From a virus (Duplodnaviria; Caudoviricetes): 64,000 bases of DNA. Shown piece by piece: positions 1 to 12,219 of the stretch; position 1 is the stretch's first letter, and each line of letters opens with the position of its first letter. The notes under the pieces were generated by a model. That model worked only from the letters and a program-made list of their open reading frames with translations, made no database searches and was not told the DNA's origin. The position numbers were made by a program, and so were the translations under genes. The DNA lies in the IMG/VR virus record IMGVR_UViG_3300013426_000017, positions 1 to 64,000 of that record; one strand, 5' to 3'.

Positions 1-498
1 GTTTGCGTCTAATCCTATGCGTTTACCTTGAGTAGAAAATATTTCATTAATTTGATTAGCAGAATACTCAACCCTCTATACATTATTATCTACATCAGTA
101 ATATAAATTGCATATAACGTGGGCTCGCCACGCAAAATGGTTAGAATTTCTTCAACGACCTAAAAACAAGCAATCTAATTAGTTCTAATAACTTGTAACA
201 TTTTAATATTAGCAATATTATCCTAAGCTTTGTTGTTAATTAATGTTTTAGATAACGACATGCCCATACGCGCTAAAGTATAATCATAAGTTTTAAATTC
301 TGCATCCACTGTTTTGCAACATTTTCTAATAAAATTTAATTTTTGCTAAATTAACTTTAATTTTTCTTGATTTATTTCTAACTATTCTGGGGTCAAAGCA
401 TTAACAACATCATCTACAATATTGCTACTGGTGACGCCGCCATCATCCCAGCCTATTGCCTTATTAAATGAGGTTTGAATTTTTTTCTAAATTTTCAA
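1..498 (-). CDS. Hypothetical late protein, partial (runs off window), TAG read as Gln
   Basis: RBS AGGAGG, TTG start at 498; frame open to position 1 except for about 7 TAG codons. Confidence 0.65.
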
Positions 499-526
499 AA
501 TCCTTCCTCCTTTCGTCACAATAAAA

Positions 527-559
527 AATAGGGGATGAGCATTTAACTCATCCCCTATT
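527..559 (-). terminator. Intrinsic terminator
   Basis: ATAGGGGATGAG/CTCATCCCCTAT hairpin plus T-tract after the tail tube operon. Confidence 0.8.
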
Positions 560-565
560 AAAATC

Positions 566-760
566 TTATATTTCTTTTTTTGCAAATAGCTCATCCAAAA
601 ATGCCTGATCCTCTGCAGTTACAGGAACTTCTTGAATAACCTGTTTTACTTGCTTGGGTTTCTTTACTTCAACCTTTTTTTCTTCTTTTACGATAGGCTG
701 TTCAACAACTACGGGCGAAGGCTTGGCAGTCTTCGCCACCTAACGTCTAGTAATTTTCAT
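566..760 (-). CDS. Small Lys/Val/Glu-rich protein (64 aa, one TAG)
   Basis: ATG directly after the tail tube stop; MKITRR(TAG)VAK...KKEI-TAA; missed by ORF track. Confidence 0.6.
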
Positions 761-766
761 TATAAA

Positions 767-2009
767 TTACTTAATTTCCGCTTCGTCATCTGCCAAGTGG
801 ACGGTCTGAGAACGCACCAACTCGCTATCTGCGCCGCCTTCTTCAATAATCTGAATAGCAGCCAAGACCTTCTTTTTCTTATTAAAACGAGTGTAATCAG
901 GGAACGCATCCATCGTAAAGGTAAAGGTAGAAGGATCACCACTAGACGCCATGGTAAAGGTAAAGTTCGACTGAATCTTGCAGTTAGGAATTATAAATTC
1001 AGCAGGCATGTCAACACCATCGGTATTACGGAACAGGGTCGAAGCCTCGAGATAATAGTTGCCGCCAAACTTATCAGGAGTGATATCAATTTGCTGAGCC
1101 TTAGAAGTCTTCTTGACATAATAGTCAACAAATACCATGGCACCCTCGGCAAAGCGCTCAATTTTATGAGCATCAGCATCATCCTTAGTCGCATACGCCA
1201 TTTCACGATCGCCCTTAGCGATAGGGGCAATCTGAATCCATTTACCGTCCTCAGCAACAGAAGTTGCAATATAAGGCTCAGTATTAATCTCACCACGCTC
1301 ATCCAAAAGCATTACATAAATATAATCCTCGGACTTGGAGGGCATAGCGGGAGCCTCACCAAGTTCTATCTGAATATTAGCGCCTTCCTGCTTAAAGTTA
1401 CCAGTGAGGTCTTGTTCATTATAGGTCTTGAGCTCAATTTGCTCAGTGGCATGAACATAAATAGGAGTGTCCTTAGAAGCATCAACCAGACCTGCGCCAG
1501 AAAGAATCATGAAGCCAGCGGGACTAATCAGTGCATCTTCCATAGTAAAAGTAACAGTACGTTCGCCTTCCCACGCAACCAAGCGAGCATTACCAGTACC
1601 GCCCTGCGCATATACCGTAGTAGCAGCACCTTCCATACTAGAGGTTTTCAAAGTATCAAAATAAATAACAGGCTCGTTTTTGTAAAAGATTTTATTACCG
1701 ACTTTCTGAGCGGCCTTTGCCTTCAGAACTACGTCGCAAATCTCACGTCATAATATATAAATATTACGGACTATCTTTTACTAATGGTCTAGCCATTAGT
1801 ACACCCATTTCGGCTTATTTATTAATAATAAGCCTACAATACCGATTAAGGTATCTAGTCTCTACATCGCTTCTAACAAATAATATTAGATATGACACGG
1901 GATTCTCTATATTCCTATAGCATTCCCCGTTAGCCAAATATAAAATATTTGACCCCTTTAATGACAAGGATAGGGTGTATTAGTGCAAGTGATTCACACC
2001 AAATTTCAT
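767..2009 (-). CDS. Probable major tail (tube) protein, spliced: exons 2009-1996 and 1748-767
   Basis: RBS AAGGAGGA; splicing gives MKFGV/REICDVVLKAK in frame with ORF 767-1651; C-terminal FTMASSGDPSTFTFTMD tube-like motif; gene order. Confidence 0.75.
1749..1995 (-). mobile_element. Group I intron (no ORF) in tail tube gene
   Basis: 5' exon ends in U, P1 GGTGT/GCACT, core AGAGACTA and AAGATAGTCC, terminal G, removal restores frame. Confidence 0.9.
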
Positions 2010-2022
2010 TCAATTTTCCTCC

Positions 2023-2808
2023 TTAGAAAATATTAAATTTGTTTCGTTTTCGCTCTAGAAATAGTTCTGGACTATTCTAGTATATATATTCACCAATTTT
2101 AATAGAATCCTTTTTACCAAATCTTAACGATTGGCTTGATGGGTCATAACTACCTCCTAGCACACCAGCATCTTTCTTTAATGTTTCAAGCAAACAATCT
2201 AAAAATTCCTTGCTGCCACTAGTAAAAGCCGAATTTACACGATTGCCTTTTAAATTCATTATACAACCGTCACCATCAAAATATCCTCTAATAAAATCGG
2301 GTAAATACTCAGTTGGAATATCGGGAAATTTTAATACGTTACTCTTTCGTTCACAGCCACCAAGATTAACAATATCATCATAAATTTCTTTACAACTAAA
2401 ATTAATTCTCACTGCTTGACGATCTACAGAATCATACAAATTTCCTTTGTATTCTAACTCTTTTGCAATTTTTTTTAAAATATATTTATCTTTCTTATGA
2501 GTGGTAATATCAAATATCTTTCCACTATAAATACATCCATCAGCACACCAAAAACCAAAAATATAAGCCATATTATGTGACCAAATCTTAAAATAATCCT
2601 TGTTAATGTTATATTTACGAGCATTCTAACTTTGAATCACACTTTTTTCTGATTGGCTTAATTTCTTAATCACCTTGTGATTGTGATAACAGAAACTATA
2701 AATCTAACTCTTGGTATACTAATTGTCAAAAAATTGCACCCATTCAGGCAAGGTTTTACTATCGCTCTAAGACAATAGAAGCTCCTTGTGCTCCGGTAAT
2801 ATTGGCAT
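2023..2808 (-). CDS. Free-standing LAGLIDADG homing endonuclease (5 TAG=Gln)
   Basis: AYIFGFWCADG and FIRGYFDGDG motifs; RBS plus ATG at 2808, frame open through TAGs to TAA 2023. Confidence 0.85.
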
Positions 2809-2828
2809 ATTACACTTCCTCCTTTAAA

Positions 2829-3551
2829 TTAATGGATAGACTTCATCCAATTGTCAGGTTCGCCATCTGGCTTACCACCAGCTAAGCGTGCCCTAACATC
2901 TAAATCCCAAGCTACATACATATTATAACGTTGTATCTAATCATATAATTGAAACAATGTCAAATCCAATAGCTCAGGCAATGGCACTCCCATACCAATA
3001 GCCAAAACAGAAATATATTGCGATATAACACTAGAATTGTCTTCGCCATTTTGCGCAGCCACTCTCTAACGCCCTCGCATCAATTTAGCGGCAATTTCTT
3101 TTGCTTTTTCAGACTAGGGATTAAATGTTTGCTAATCACCCATTCCACTACGCAAACAAAATGCTTCGCTAATAGCATCTTGAAATGGTTCAAAATTACT
3201 ACCATCAATCATAAATGTGGCGCCGCCGCTCGAACAAAGAATCGAGCGAGGGGTTAGCATACAATTATAATTGGGTAACAATAATTTTAATAATTCAAGA
3301 ACCTAACCTTTCTTATCTTTGGCTTCTGGCGATGCCATTATTGTCATAAATATCTAAAAATTAGATTGATTCAACAAATCACTTTCGTCCTCAGTTAGCA
3401 TATTTTTATTAACACATAAATATTGAGCACCGATTCTAAAAGTTTCTTCCCCTATATATGATAATTCACGAATAGTGGGTTGATGAATTGCTAGCTAACA
3501 CTCAGGAACAGGTAAATCCGTGCCAGCAATCAAATTCAATCTATAATCCAT
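2829..3551 (-). CDS. Hypothetical virion/tail assembly protein (several TAG)
   Basis: MDYRLNLIAGTDLPVPEC(TAG)LAIHQPT... 240 aa frame closed by TAA. Confidence 0.7.
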
Positions 3552-3553
3552 AT

Positions 3554-4129
3554 TTAGCTCATCTAATAAAAATTATTTATAATATCTTTATCATCGCTTG
3601 GATTAAGAGCACGTTTTTCATCTTCCCCACCATGAATAACATTAAAAAATATACAATATCCTGCTAGTTGTTCTGTGGCGATAATATCTGTGGCGCCGCC
3701 AAATTCAGTGAGTCCTGCACCAGTTAATCTAGCCCCATTAAACATAGAGTCTATCTCTGCCATAATCTTAATAGGACGCAAAGCATATCCATCAAGCTGC
3801 CAATTCTCATAATTACACAAAATATCAAATTCAATTGTGTTATTACGGAACTCGGGATTCATCCCAGTCAAGAAATTATCGAACTTAATAAATAGATAAT
3901 TGCGATATTCGTCCTCAACATAGGTTTTAGGCACAAGCTTAATATTATTTTTTAATACTTCACCCAGCTAGTCGTCGGATAGAGCGGGCTGCGCCAAGGC
4001 GTTCGGCACATTATAATATAACAATTTCAACAGCCTTTGGTTTTGGCAAATCTTAGAAATTATTATATCTAAATCCTTTTCTACCGACAAAAAACTTGAA
4101 TGGGGAAATTCAATTGTCGCTATTTTCAT
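3554..4129 (-). CDS. Putative tail completion/terminator protein (2 TAG)
   Basis: Extends ORF 3563-3934 through TAGs; position in neck module. Confidence 0.6.
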
Positions 4130-4147
4130 AACTCATACTCCTTTATC

Positions 4148-5230
4148 TCAAAACAATGATTCAACTACTATAGTCTTACGAGCAATGTATAAATCATCAC
4201 TATCATAGCCCAAATATAAATCAAATTGCCCACTATACGCACTTCGCCAACAGAGTTCAAGACTATTATCCTCGTCATTAATATACAAATCAAGAGGATA
4301 CTTTTTATCAACATACCACTCGCCATAGGCGGCGCCCACAAATTTATATTTGTATTTACGTTTAGGCTTGATAAATGTCTCGCCTTCTATTAGATCATCA
4401 TCCGTCGTAATATCATTTGGGTTTTCAGGGGGTTTAATCAACCCACCAACAATACCTTCATCTATATCATCTTCATCCTTATTAGCATAATATTCAACAG
4501 CAATTACCTCGAGAATACCCGGCATGCTAATAGGATCGATTGCTTCTACACGCCAACAGATGCGCGTATTAACATCATCAGAATCTTGCAAATAAAATTT
4601 AGCATAACGTTTAAAATATTTTAATGTGTCATTATTTTTTGGCATTAAAATACTAAGCGAATAATTTGGTGTATCTATACTAATATCATGTTTTTGAATA
4701 TAATTAATTTTTGTTTCAACTGGTCCTCGTACTGCCGCATATGTACTCTTTATTTTATCTTCATCTTTCCACTTAATTTCAAAACTACACTTTCTAATAT
4801 CACCACGAAAATATGCGGTTTCAGTAAGTTCCTATAAATATATTATCCAAAATGTATTAGTACCAATCCACTCAAATACATCACCTGGCGCATAGTCACA
4901 TTCATATCCAATTGAAATGATTTTATCATCATAGTCCTACTTTAATTTATTAGGATTAATCAGCGCTCTAACGATATCGTCTGAATCCTAATTAGGTTTC
5001 TTAACTTGCGCCGCTTGATATGAATACCACAAGGCGCGATCAAGTGTTTTTCGTTTATCACGAATCATTCGCTCTTGCTGAAGACTACCACCTCGCGCCA
5101 CAAGAGAGCTATACTAACTATTTACACCATCAATATCTTTATTCCCCTAAAATTGTTCCTTTTCAAAAATACCCATTCGACCCTTTAATAGGCCGAGCGT
5201 GTGGCGGCCACTTAAATCATAACCACCCAT
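4148..5230 (-). CDS. Putative head closure/neck protein (several TAG)
   Basis: ATG overlaps upstream TAA; 360 aa frame including ORF 4148-4645. Confidence 0.65.
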
Positions 5231-5526
5231 TATTTCATACCCTAAACTAGACTAATGCATTCAAATACGGTCTTGCGATATAGCGAAAAAGTGGTCTCTT
5301 CTACGAGCATACCTTCTAGCTTTGCCAAAAGCTGCAAAAAAAGTGGGTTGTGCAAGAATATCTCACTCAATCCACTAATTTCTAAAATAACCGTATTTAA
5401 TTGCTTCATCCAGTCTTCTTCATTTTCGCGCATTGGAATTAATTTCCAAAGCTAATCAGTTAACCGAGATATATTTTTAGCAATTACTTCAGGGGGGAAA
5501 TCAAAATCGTACTTAGTCTAAAGCAC
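5230..5526 (-). CDS. Hypothetical neck-module protein (3 TAG)
   Basis: GTG start, extends ORF 5242-5433 to TAA 5230. Confidence 0.6.
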
Positions 5527-6091
5527 TATTAGTTCCTAGCACAGACCAATTGGATGAATACTTACCATCGTTGCCTAATTTGCGGCGCTTGTATAAACGC
5601 TACATGTGAAAAGATTGGCGCTGAACCTCACTTAACAAATTCATCAACTTAGACAAATGATTGGCCTGACTCGTCATTTTAAAATCTGAGCCAGTAAATT
5701 TCATCCTTGTATTTTCAATTGACGCCACTTGGCGATTAACCCAAGCGGTCATCATCATTAATGCTAAAATATTAATCTCTTCATCAGTTAAATCAGCCGA
5801 AAATGATGATTGCTCGACTATAACTTCAGGTATCTGGGTATTATCATCTGGGATTTGGCCCCAGACCACACCCAAGACAAAATCATCCTCAGTGAGAGTG
5901 TCCTCACGCTTCTGAACAGTCTTGATTTCATAATCATTTAAATTCTAACGAGGGAACTCAAAATTGGGGATGGCGTCAATTAGGAGATTCTGCAAATCCC
6001 TAACCGTGTCTTCAGGAGTTAATTCAATATACATATCATCAGTAATTTTACCAAGGAAACGATTGTATACCTTCGTGAACATGGTTGCCAT
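5513..6091 (-). CDS. Putative head-tail adaptor (2 TAG)
   Basis: RBS AAGGAG; MATMFTKVYNRFLGKITDD N-terminus; downstream of capsid genes. Confidence 0.65.
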
Positions 6092-6118
6092 GTATCATAA
6101 CTCCTTTCTATGTAAAAT

Positions 6119-6685
6119 TTACTTCTTTACTGTATACTTAGGCGCTTCAGTGCGACGAACGGGCGCTTCAGCAGCAGCCTCTTGAACACGTCTGTGTGGC
6201 GCCTCTGATGTGGCGGGCGCGCCTTCGTCAATCAGCTCTGCCATCTTGTTCTTAATAGCAGCATCCACGTCAAGACCGGTCTTCTTCTTGAGAGCTTCAC
6301 GCTTTTCAACATCGTTCATCGGCAACTCAATTGCCAGTTTCTTTATAATTTCAAGCACGCCTTCGGGCGCAAAATCCAAACAGTCAAGGAACTGGTCCAA
6401 GGAACCATTCAAAATCAAATCCTTAACATTATCTGCATTCATATAATACTCAATCTCAGTATCAATATTCAAAGCATCAGTAACTGCCTGCTCACGAATC
6501 AAAAAATAATCCTGAATTAGAGTGGTGCCACCAGGCTGATAGGTCAGCTGTTCTAATTCGCTGAATTTAATCTTCTTAGTCTCGCCGGGTTGAAACTCAC
6601 GACGAATATTCAACTCAGGAATTGCGTAACCAACCATGCTAGAACTTCTATTTAATACATTATAAACAGTATCACCGTTAATCAT
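6119..6685 (-). CDS. Hypothetical protein following major capsid gene
   Basis: 188 aa ORF with RBS. Confidence 0.7.
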   Translation of the reverse strand: MINGDTVYNVLNRSSSMVGYAIPELNIRREFQPGETKKIKFSELEQLTYQPGGTTLIQDYFLIREQAVTDALNIDTEIEYYMNADNVKDLILNGSLDQFLDCLDFAPEGVLEIIKKLAIELPMNDVEKREALKKKTGLDVDAAIKNKMAELIDEGAPATSEAPHRRVQEAAAEAPVRRTEAPKYTVKK

Positions 6686-6784
6686 ATTTAATTTTCTCCT
6701 TTATCACCTAAATAAAAAATGGGGAAGCGGGGATATTTATCCCTTCTTCCCCTTAATTATATCAAAATTTTTCCAAAAAGTCAA

Positions 6785-7879
6785 TCAGACAGTAGGAACC
6801 TTACCGGTGTAGTCACGAATCTGATCGTTGGACAGCTTCCAAGTCTTCATCTGACCCTTCAAGCTGGTATCAACGTATGCGCAGATGTTATTAGCCATCA
6901 TTGCAACAACGCCGACCTTCTTATAAACCTGAATCTCACGAGAACGATCGTAGTTGGTATACTCGTCAACAATAGTGTCGCCCTCAAATGCAATCTTCAC
7001 AGGCTTGGTATCAGCGCCATTAGGAATAATCCAGCAGTAACCAGGGTCAATGACCTTCTCGCTGTTGGTAGCATCTTTGAAGCCTTGCTCAAGGATAATA
7101 ACTTTCTTGCCCTTGTAGTTGGCAAGGCGGCCAGTGCGCCACAACTCATCCTTCATGGCCTCAGTGTAACGCCATGCGTCCTTAGGAACCATCTTTACAG
7201 CAAACTCGTAGGTGCAGTAAATAGTAGGCTCGCCGTATGCAGAAGCAACAACCAGGAGCTGATCAAATGCAGCCTCATCAAAACCATTAAATGCATAGCG
7301 GTTTGCAGGAGGAAGTTGATTGATCGAAGCCTTCAGGGCCTTGCCGATTTCCTCATAAATGAGGTCATCCATGCCCTCCATAACAATGGCAGTGACCTCA
7401 GCGAAGTCAACACGACCATCGAGGAATTCCTCAAAGCCGATCTGAGCCGCGCCGCCGATAGCGCTGGTGCGGACCTCAAAGACCTCTTCACTCTTGGAAA
7501 GCTTGAATACTTCATAAATACCAGCTAAACCAACACGAGTGATGAACTGCTTCGCACGCACGCGAGAATTCAACTTACGACGGAAAATGGGCTTATCACC
7601 CTGAGCAAATGTCTTGGTCTCAGCAAACTGAGCATATTGCTCTTCAACTTTCTTAGGCAGAATCTCATTCAAAGTCTGCTCAATCAGGCTAAAAATCAAA
7701 TTCTTATTTTCACGATACTGAGCGTAAGTGCCGGCATACTCATTGAGCTCTTTGCGGAGAGTCTCATTCAACTGGTCATACGAAAAATTCGTGCCATTAA
7801 ACGAATAGGAAACAGGAGATGCAGGATCTGCCTTCGCCACAGTCTTCATAAGGGTCAGTAAATTAGCTTTATCTAACAT
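6785..7879 (-). CDS. Major capsid protein
   Basis: 364 aa, strong codon bias, no TAG, followed by terminator hairpin 6715-6756, canonical position after scaffold and decoration genes. Confidence 0.8.
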   Translation of the reverse strand: MLDKANLLTLMKTVAKADPASPVSYSFNGTNFSYDQLNETLRKELNEYAGTYAQYRENKNLIFSLIEQTLNEILPKKVEEQYAQFAETKTFAQGDKPIFRRKLNSRVRAKQFITRVGLAGIYEVFKLSKSEEVFEVRTSAIGGAAQIGFEEFLDGRVDFAEVTAIVMEGMDDLIYEEIGKALKASINQLPPANRYAFNGFDEAAFDQLLVVASAYGEPTIYCTYEFAVKMVPKDAWRYTEAMKDELWRTGRLANYKGKKVIILEQGFKDATNSEKVIDPGYCWIIPNGADTKPVKIAFEGDTIVDEYTNYDRSREIQVYKKVGVVAMMANNICAYVDTSLKGQMKTWKLSNDQIRDYTGKVPTV

Positions 7880-7901
7880 TCTATCTCTCTCCTTTCCTAT
7901 A

Positions 7902-8630
7902 TTACTTTATGCGCATAATCTTGACTGCCTTCTGGTAGTCAGGAAGGTTATACACTTTAACAACTTGCCACTCCATGGAACCGTCGCCGCTCTTGCTCAA
8001 GATACCATCTGCAGCAGCTGGGGACAGAACGTCGCCAAGGGCAAGCTCAGTCTCATTAACGGTATTGGTAGTGAAGATATCGCCAACCATAGTCTTGAAT
8101 ACACGAGGAACCATAGTGGCGCCAGCGGGCATCAAAGCGGGGTCAACCTTGGACTCGAAATGGAAAGGATCCTCTTCATAGTGAAGTTCATACATATCGG
8201 GGCCGGCAGTGACCTTCTCGATGGCAGGCTCGCCCTCAAGGGGACTATCCGCAACACCGTTAAAAGTGCGGGAACGACCAGTCCAGTTCTGAGGACCGAC
8301 CTTAAGACCATCAATAGGGCTGTAGACACGCGCCACATAATTATCCTTCAGCATTGCGAATTCGCAATCCAGTTGATTCTCACGATAAAGTTTAATCTCA
8401 TTAAATACGAGCATCCACTCGCCTGCGCCCGCGAAGTTCACCAAACCACTCTTGTAGTCATACTTCACGAACTGGCCCTGCTCAAGCTGATCAATAGCAG
8501 GATCGGCGGGGAGCTGTGCATAAATCTGGCCATTGCGCTGTGCAGACAGGTGGTTAGGCTCAACCTGACCATAGCCATACTCAACATAGCTAGCCTTGCT
8601 CTTGCCTTTAAGCATATCTTTCAAAAGCAT
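7902..8630 (-). CDS. Capsid decoration/structural protein
   Basis: 242 aa, GYGQVEPNHLSAQR motif, between scaffold and capsid. Confidence 0.65.
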   Translation of the reverse strand: MLLKDMLKGKSKASYVEYGYGQVEPNHLSAQRNGQIYAQLPADPAIDQLEQGQFVKYDYKSGLVNFAGAGEWMLVFNEIKLYRENQLDCEFAMLKDNYVARVYSPIDGLKVGPQNWTGRSRTFNGVADSPLEGEPAIEKVTAGPDMYELHYEEDPFHFESKVDPALMPAGATMVPRVFKTMVGDIFTTNTVNETELALGDVLSPAAADGILSKSGDGSMEWQVVKVYNLPDYQKAVKIMRIK

Positions 8631-8659
8631 AATGCAGTTTCCTCCTCAATAAAATTTTA

Positions 8660-10204
8660 TTAATCCATAGTTTCCGCAACAGCCTGAACAGCTTTAATCC
8701 AAGCTGGTGTAGTATCAATATCACCATTTAGATTAAATGTGGTGTTGCCTGTTTGATTATCATCATCAAGATCAAAACTGACCTTGTTGCGGACACAAAT
8801 AATCGACAATTTAGCTTCGATATCATCCAAGGAATAATTATCAATGTTAACGACAACGTCTTTCTTATCCTCATCTGACAACATATAAAAGCTATCAATC
8901 ATTGCCTCTTTTTCTTTACGCTCAACATTCATCTTATAAGTCTTGAGCGTATTAATTTCCTCAATAAGACTATCATTAGTTGCCTTCAGCTCACTATAAG
9001 ACTGCTGAAGAGTCTCATGCTCAGTAGCTAATGCACTAAATTTCTCATTGAGTTCTATATATTCTGGAATTTCATCCAAATTATATTCATCAACTTTGTC
9101 CTCGGGCTCATCAATTTTTTCTTCAATGGGCTCTTCTACGGGTTCCTCAACAGGTTCCTCAATAGGCTCTGCTTCGGGCTCTTCCTCCGGCTCTTCAATA
9201 GATTCCTTCAAACCATTCTCATAGGCTTCATAGGCTTCTAACGAAAACTGGGGACCTTCATCAGAAACAGGGACAAACTCCTTTTCGACCTCAACCCAAT
9301 CGCCAGTAACGGTGAATTCAGGCTCGATGTCGAAATTAATTCTGTAATATTTGCCGGAATCGCAATCGCGAACAATAGCAAACTTGCTACCGCTCTCCTC
9401 ATAGACACCCTCAATGCGCATAGTGGAACCCCAGCCATCTTCGCCAGGATACTTATCATGCAGATAACCATACAGGGCTTCCCAGAGACCATCGCCAATT
9501 TCGACAGCATAACGAACAAACATCGGCGTCTCTCCTCCATCATTTAGAATTTTTTTCATTTCGTTCATCATTGAGAAGAGCTGTTCCTTAAAGCTGTCCT
9601 CAAATGAAAATTGCACCTTGGTAATTTGACTACCCTCAAAGCAAGGTTCCACGTCATCGCCAAGAATACATAACTTCGAGATAATTGCCTCATTAATTAT
9701 AAAAAATTCAGGTTGTCCCTTATCATTTTTTGACCAAGTGGCATCTAAATTTTTTTCATCCAGTTCCATTGATTGGTTATTACCCTTTTTGAGTATACGC
9801 TCACATTCAGGGTATTGGCCTGTCCATAAATATCCTTCTGTCATGAGATATTCATGTTCATTTACACCATCGTCTAGAAATTTCTAAAACCAAACTTTAG
9901 CATTTAAATCAACGAATCCATAAGGACGAGTATCATCATTAATGACCCACTCGCCATCTTTCAAATTAATAATGCGATTATGCTCTTCATAATCTTCTTT
10001 GTATTCGTTCCAATGCCCAACAATCGGCGAACCGGGGAGACTATTCGCCATAGACCGCGCCACGTCTTTTGTGATTATGCTGCGGTTTCTATTGGGTTCG
10101 TCTCCCACATAGCACACCTTTATTTGGCATTTAGAAATTAGAGGATTAATTGGCGTTATATTTATCATTTCGCAAGGCGTTTCAAGTTTTACACTTGTGT
10201 GCAT
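8660..10204 (-). CDS. Prohead protease/scaffold (one TAG at 9884)
   Basis: ORFs 9884-10204 and 8660-9844 are one frame; NRNRS..SLPGSPIVG, GYLWT, NQSMEL, LCILGDDVEPCF motifs; acidic coiled-coil tail. Confidence 0.8.
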
Positions 10205-10224
10205 TCCACATCCTCCTCAATTTC

Positions 10225-11826
10225 TTACTTTTGTGCTTCTTTGTTGGCGATAGTTTTATCGCTCTTTTCATCGTCTGTCTTTTCAGGCCTACCGCCCTCT
10301 GTATTATCTTGATTTTGAGAGGTATTCCCCTAATCTTTTGTGCCCAAAATATCTTCGCCACTTAATGTAGAACTCATGAGTGGCGGCACCATTATCTGAT
10401 TTAGCTTGAGAATATCTTTTTCAAAATATGCAGCATTCAAAATAGCACTTTGAGATACACCAAGCGCAATCTGAGGAAGCATCATGGAATAACCAATTTG
10501 CACCTGTTCCTTGAACATCTTGGATAAATCTCGGTAGTTATATTGAGTAGTTTCAAGCATATAAAATCTAAAATTATATCTTTTTTTATTCTTACTCTCA
10601 ACTAAGTTCTATGTTATTCTATCAAAAAATATATGAAATTGCAAGAGTAGTGTCCGCACTTTGGCTTCATCGTTTAATATCGACTTCTCAAGTGCTACAC
10701 TGCCTTCTGTATTGAACAAATTCTGCGACACACCAAGAGAGTTGTAGACTGTTCGTTCCACCTTCGCCAAATCATCAGTGGTAGTTGTAGTCGTTTTATC
10801 AGACATATCTATTGACTCAACATCCGCAAACGTGGTCATAACGTCAACACCAATAGCACGTTTCAACATTTGAACAGCATTATTATGTATATCAGTTGCC
10901 TCATCAATATCAAAAATTAAATCGCCATTTTTATCAAGTGGCAACTTTTGGATAATAATCTTCAACAGCTTCTGCATTTGTTTGCGGCGATCTAGGTCTT
11001 GCGCGGCATCTAAATCCAAAATGTTAGGAATGGCATTAACAAATAATGGTTTATCGCCATTATTAAAACTAAACTTCACTGTGCTATCTGGATCCAATAG
11101 ATACCAATAGCCATAGATATCACCCGCATAATCTGGCGCCAACTTATGCTGCTTATACAAAACATAACCCTTCTAGAAATCTTTAGGAAATAATTTTAAT
11201 ACTCGCATACGATAATTGACATCAGGAAACGCATTATCAAAAAATCGCATATCAAACTCAATTGCAGGCTGCGTTCCAATGTTATAACGAGAACGACAAT
11301 AATTAACAGGCAATTGTTGCAATGCTACTTGATCCTTGGTTGCCACAATATATCCATAATACGCGCCATCGCGCACGACTTCTAAGGCAATATCGCCACA
11401 TAACTTTTTAATATGCGAATTATCCAAGAACGTCAAAATACGATTAAAATCTTGTATAACTTTTTTAATTTTAGTTTCATCTGTTTTATATGCTTCATCT
11501 ATAATGTCAGATACAACATACCAATCATAACGATACAAATTTGCTATATAATCACATACGACACTATAAATACCACTGGTATTGTAGAAATATCTAGATA
11601 TTTCACGCAATGTCGGCACATCATTATTCGCTAATTGTTGCAAAATATATATTTTATTACCATAATTGGTTTGCACATGTTTCAACGAGCCAAGATTTAA
11701 TGTGGCGTCCTCTAATGTCTTCGGCCCCACTTTAATTTTATTAAATGTGGCGCCGGGCAAATCGCGCTGCGACATATTAAAGCCTTTGCTGTGAATTTGT
11801 TCTTGTTTGTTGGTTATCTCTTCCAA
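10225..11826 (-). CDS. Portal protein (TAG at 11173, 10609, 10330)
   Basis: Three ORF fragments in one frame, 533 aa, C-terminal GGRPEK motif, between terminase and protease. Confidence 0.8.
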
Positions 11827-11844
11827 TTTCTCACCTCCTTATGG

Positions 11845-12201
11845 TTAATATCCCGCTCGATTCATAATATAGTCATAGTCAACTAAATTTTCCTCTGTAT
11901 AGGGAATTTCTATTAGATTAATACCATGTAAGGCACAATATCTACGTTTTTTATTATCATTAAATTGCTGCTAATACAAGCCACGTTTGCCGCCAAATTT
12001 ATTAGATGCTTCATAATGCTGGCGACCTTGATATTCAATTAAAAAATCAAGGTTGCCATCATCATCAAATACGGCAAAATCAAAACGTAATGGCTTGCCA
12101 TTGGAGCTATTTAACCCCGGAATTGTATATTCTTCTTTAAAATTTAATCCATTAGACTCTAGAATCTCATGGATGCGTATTTCGCCACGACTCGCTAACA
12201 A
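11845..12201 (-). CDS. PD-(D/E)xK restriction-like endonuclease (one TAG)
   Basis: LRFDF..LIEYQGRQHY..DNKKRRYC..INLIEIPY motifs. Confidence 0.75.
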
Positions 12202-12219
12202 TTAAATAGCTCCCTTCTA

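Noticed and set aside
632-8663. Long plus-strand ORFs 632-1753, 6719-7528, 7965-8663
   Set aside because: Antisense shadows of codon-biased structural genes; no RBS or motifs.
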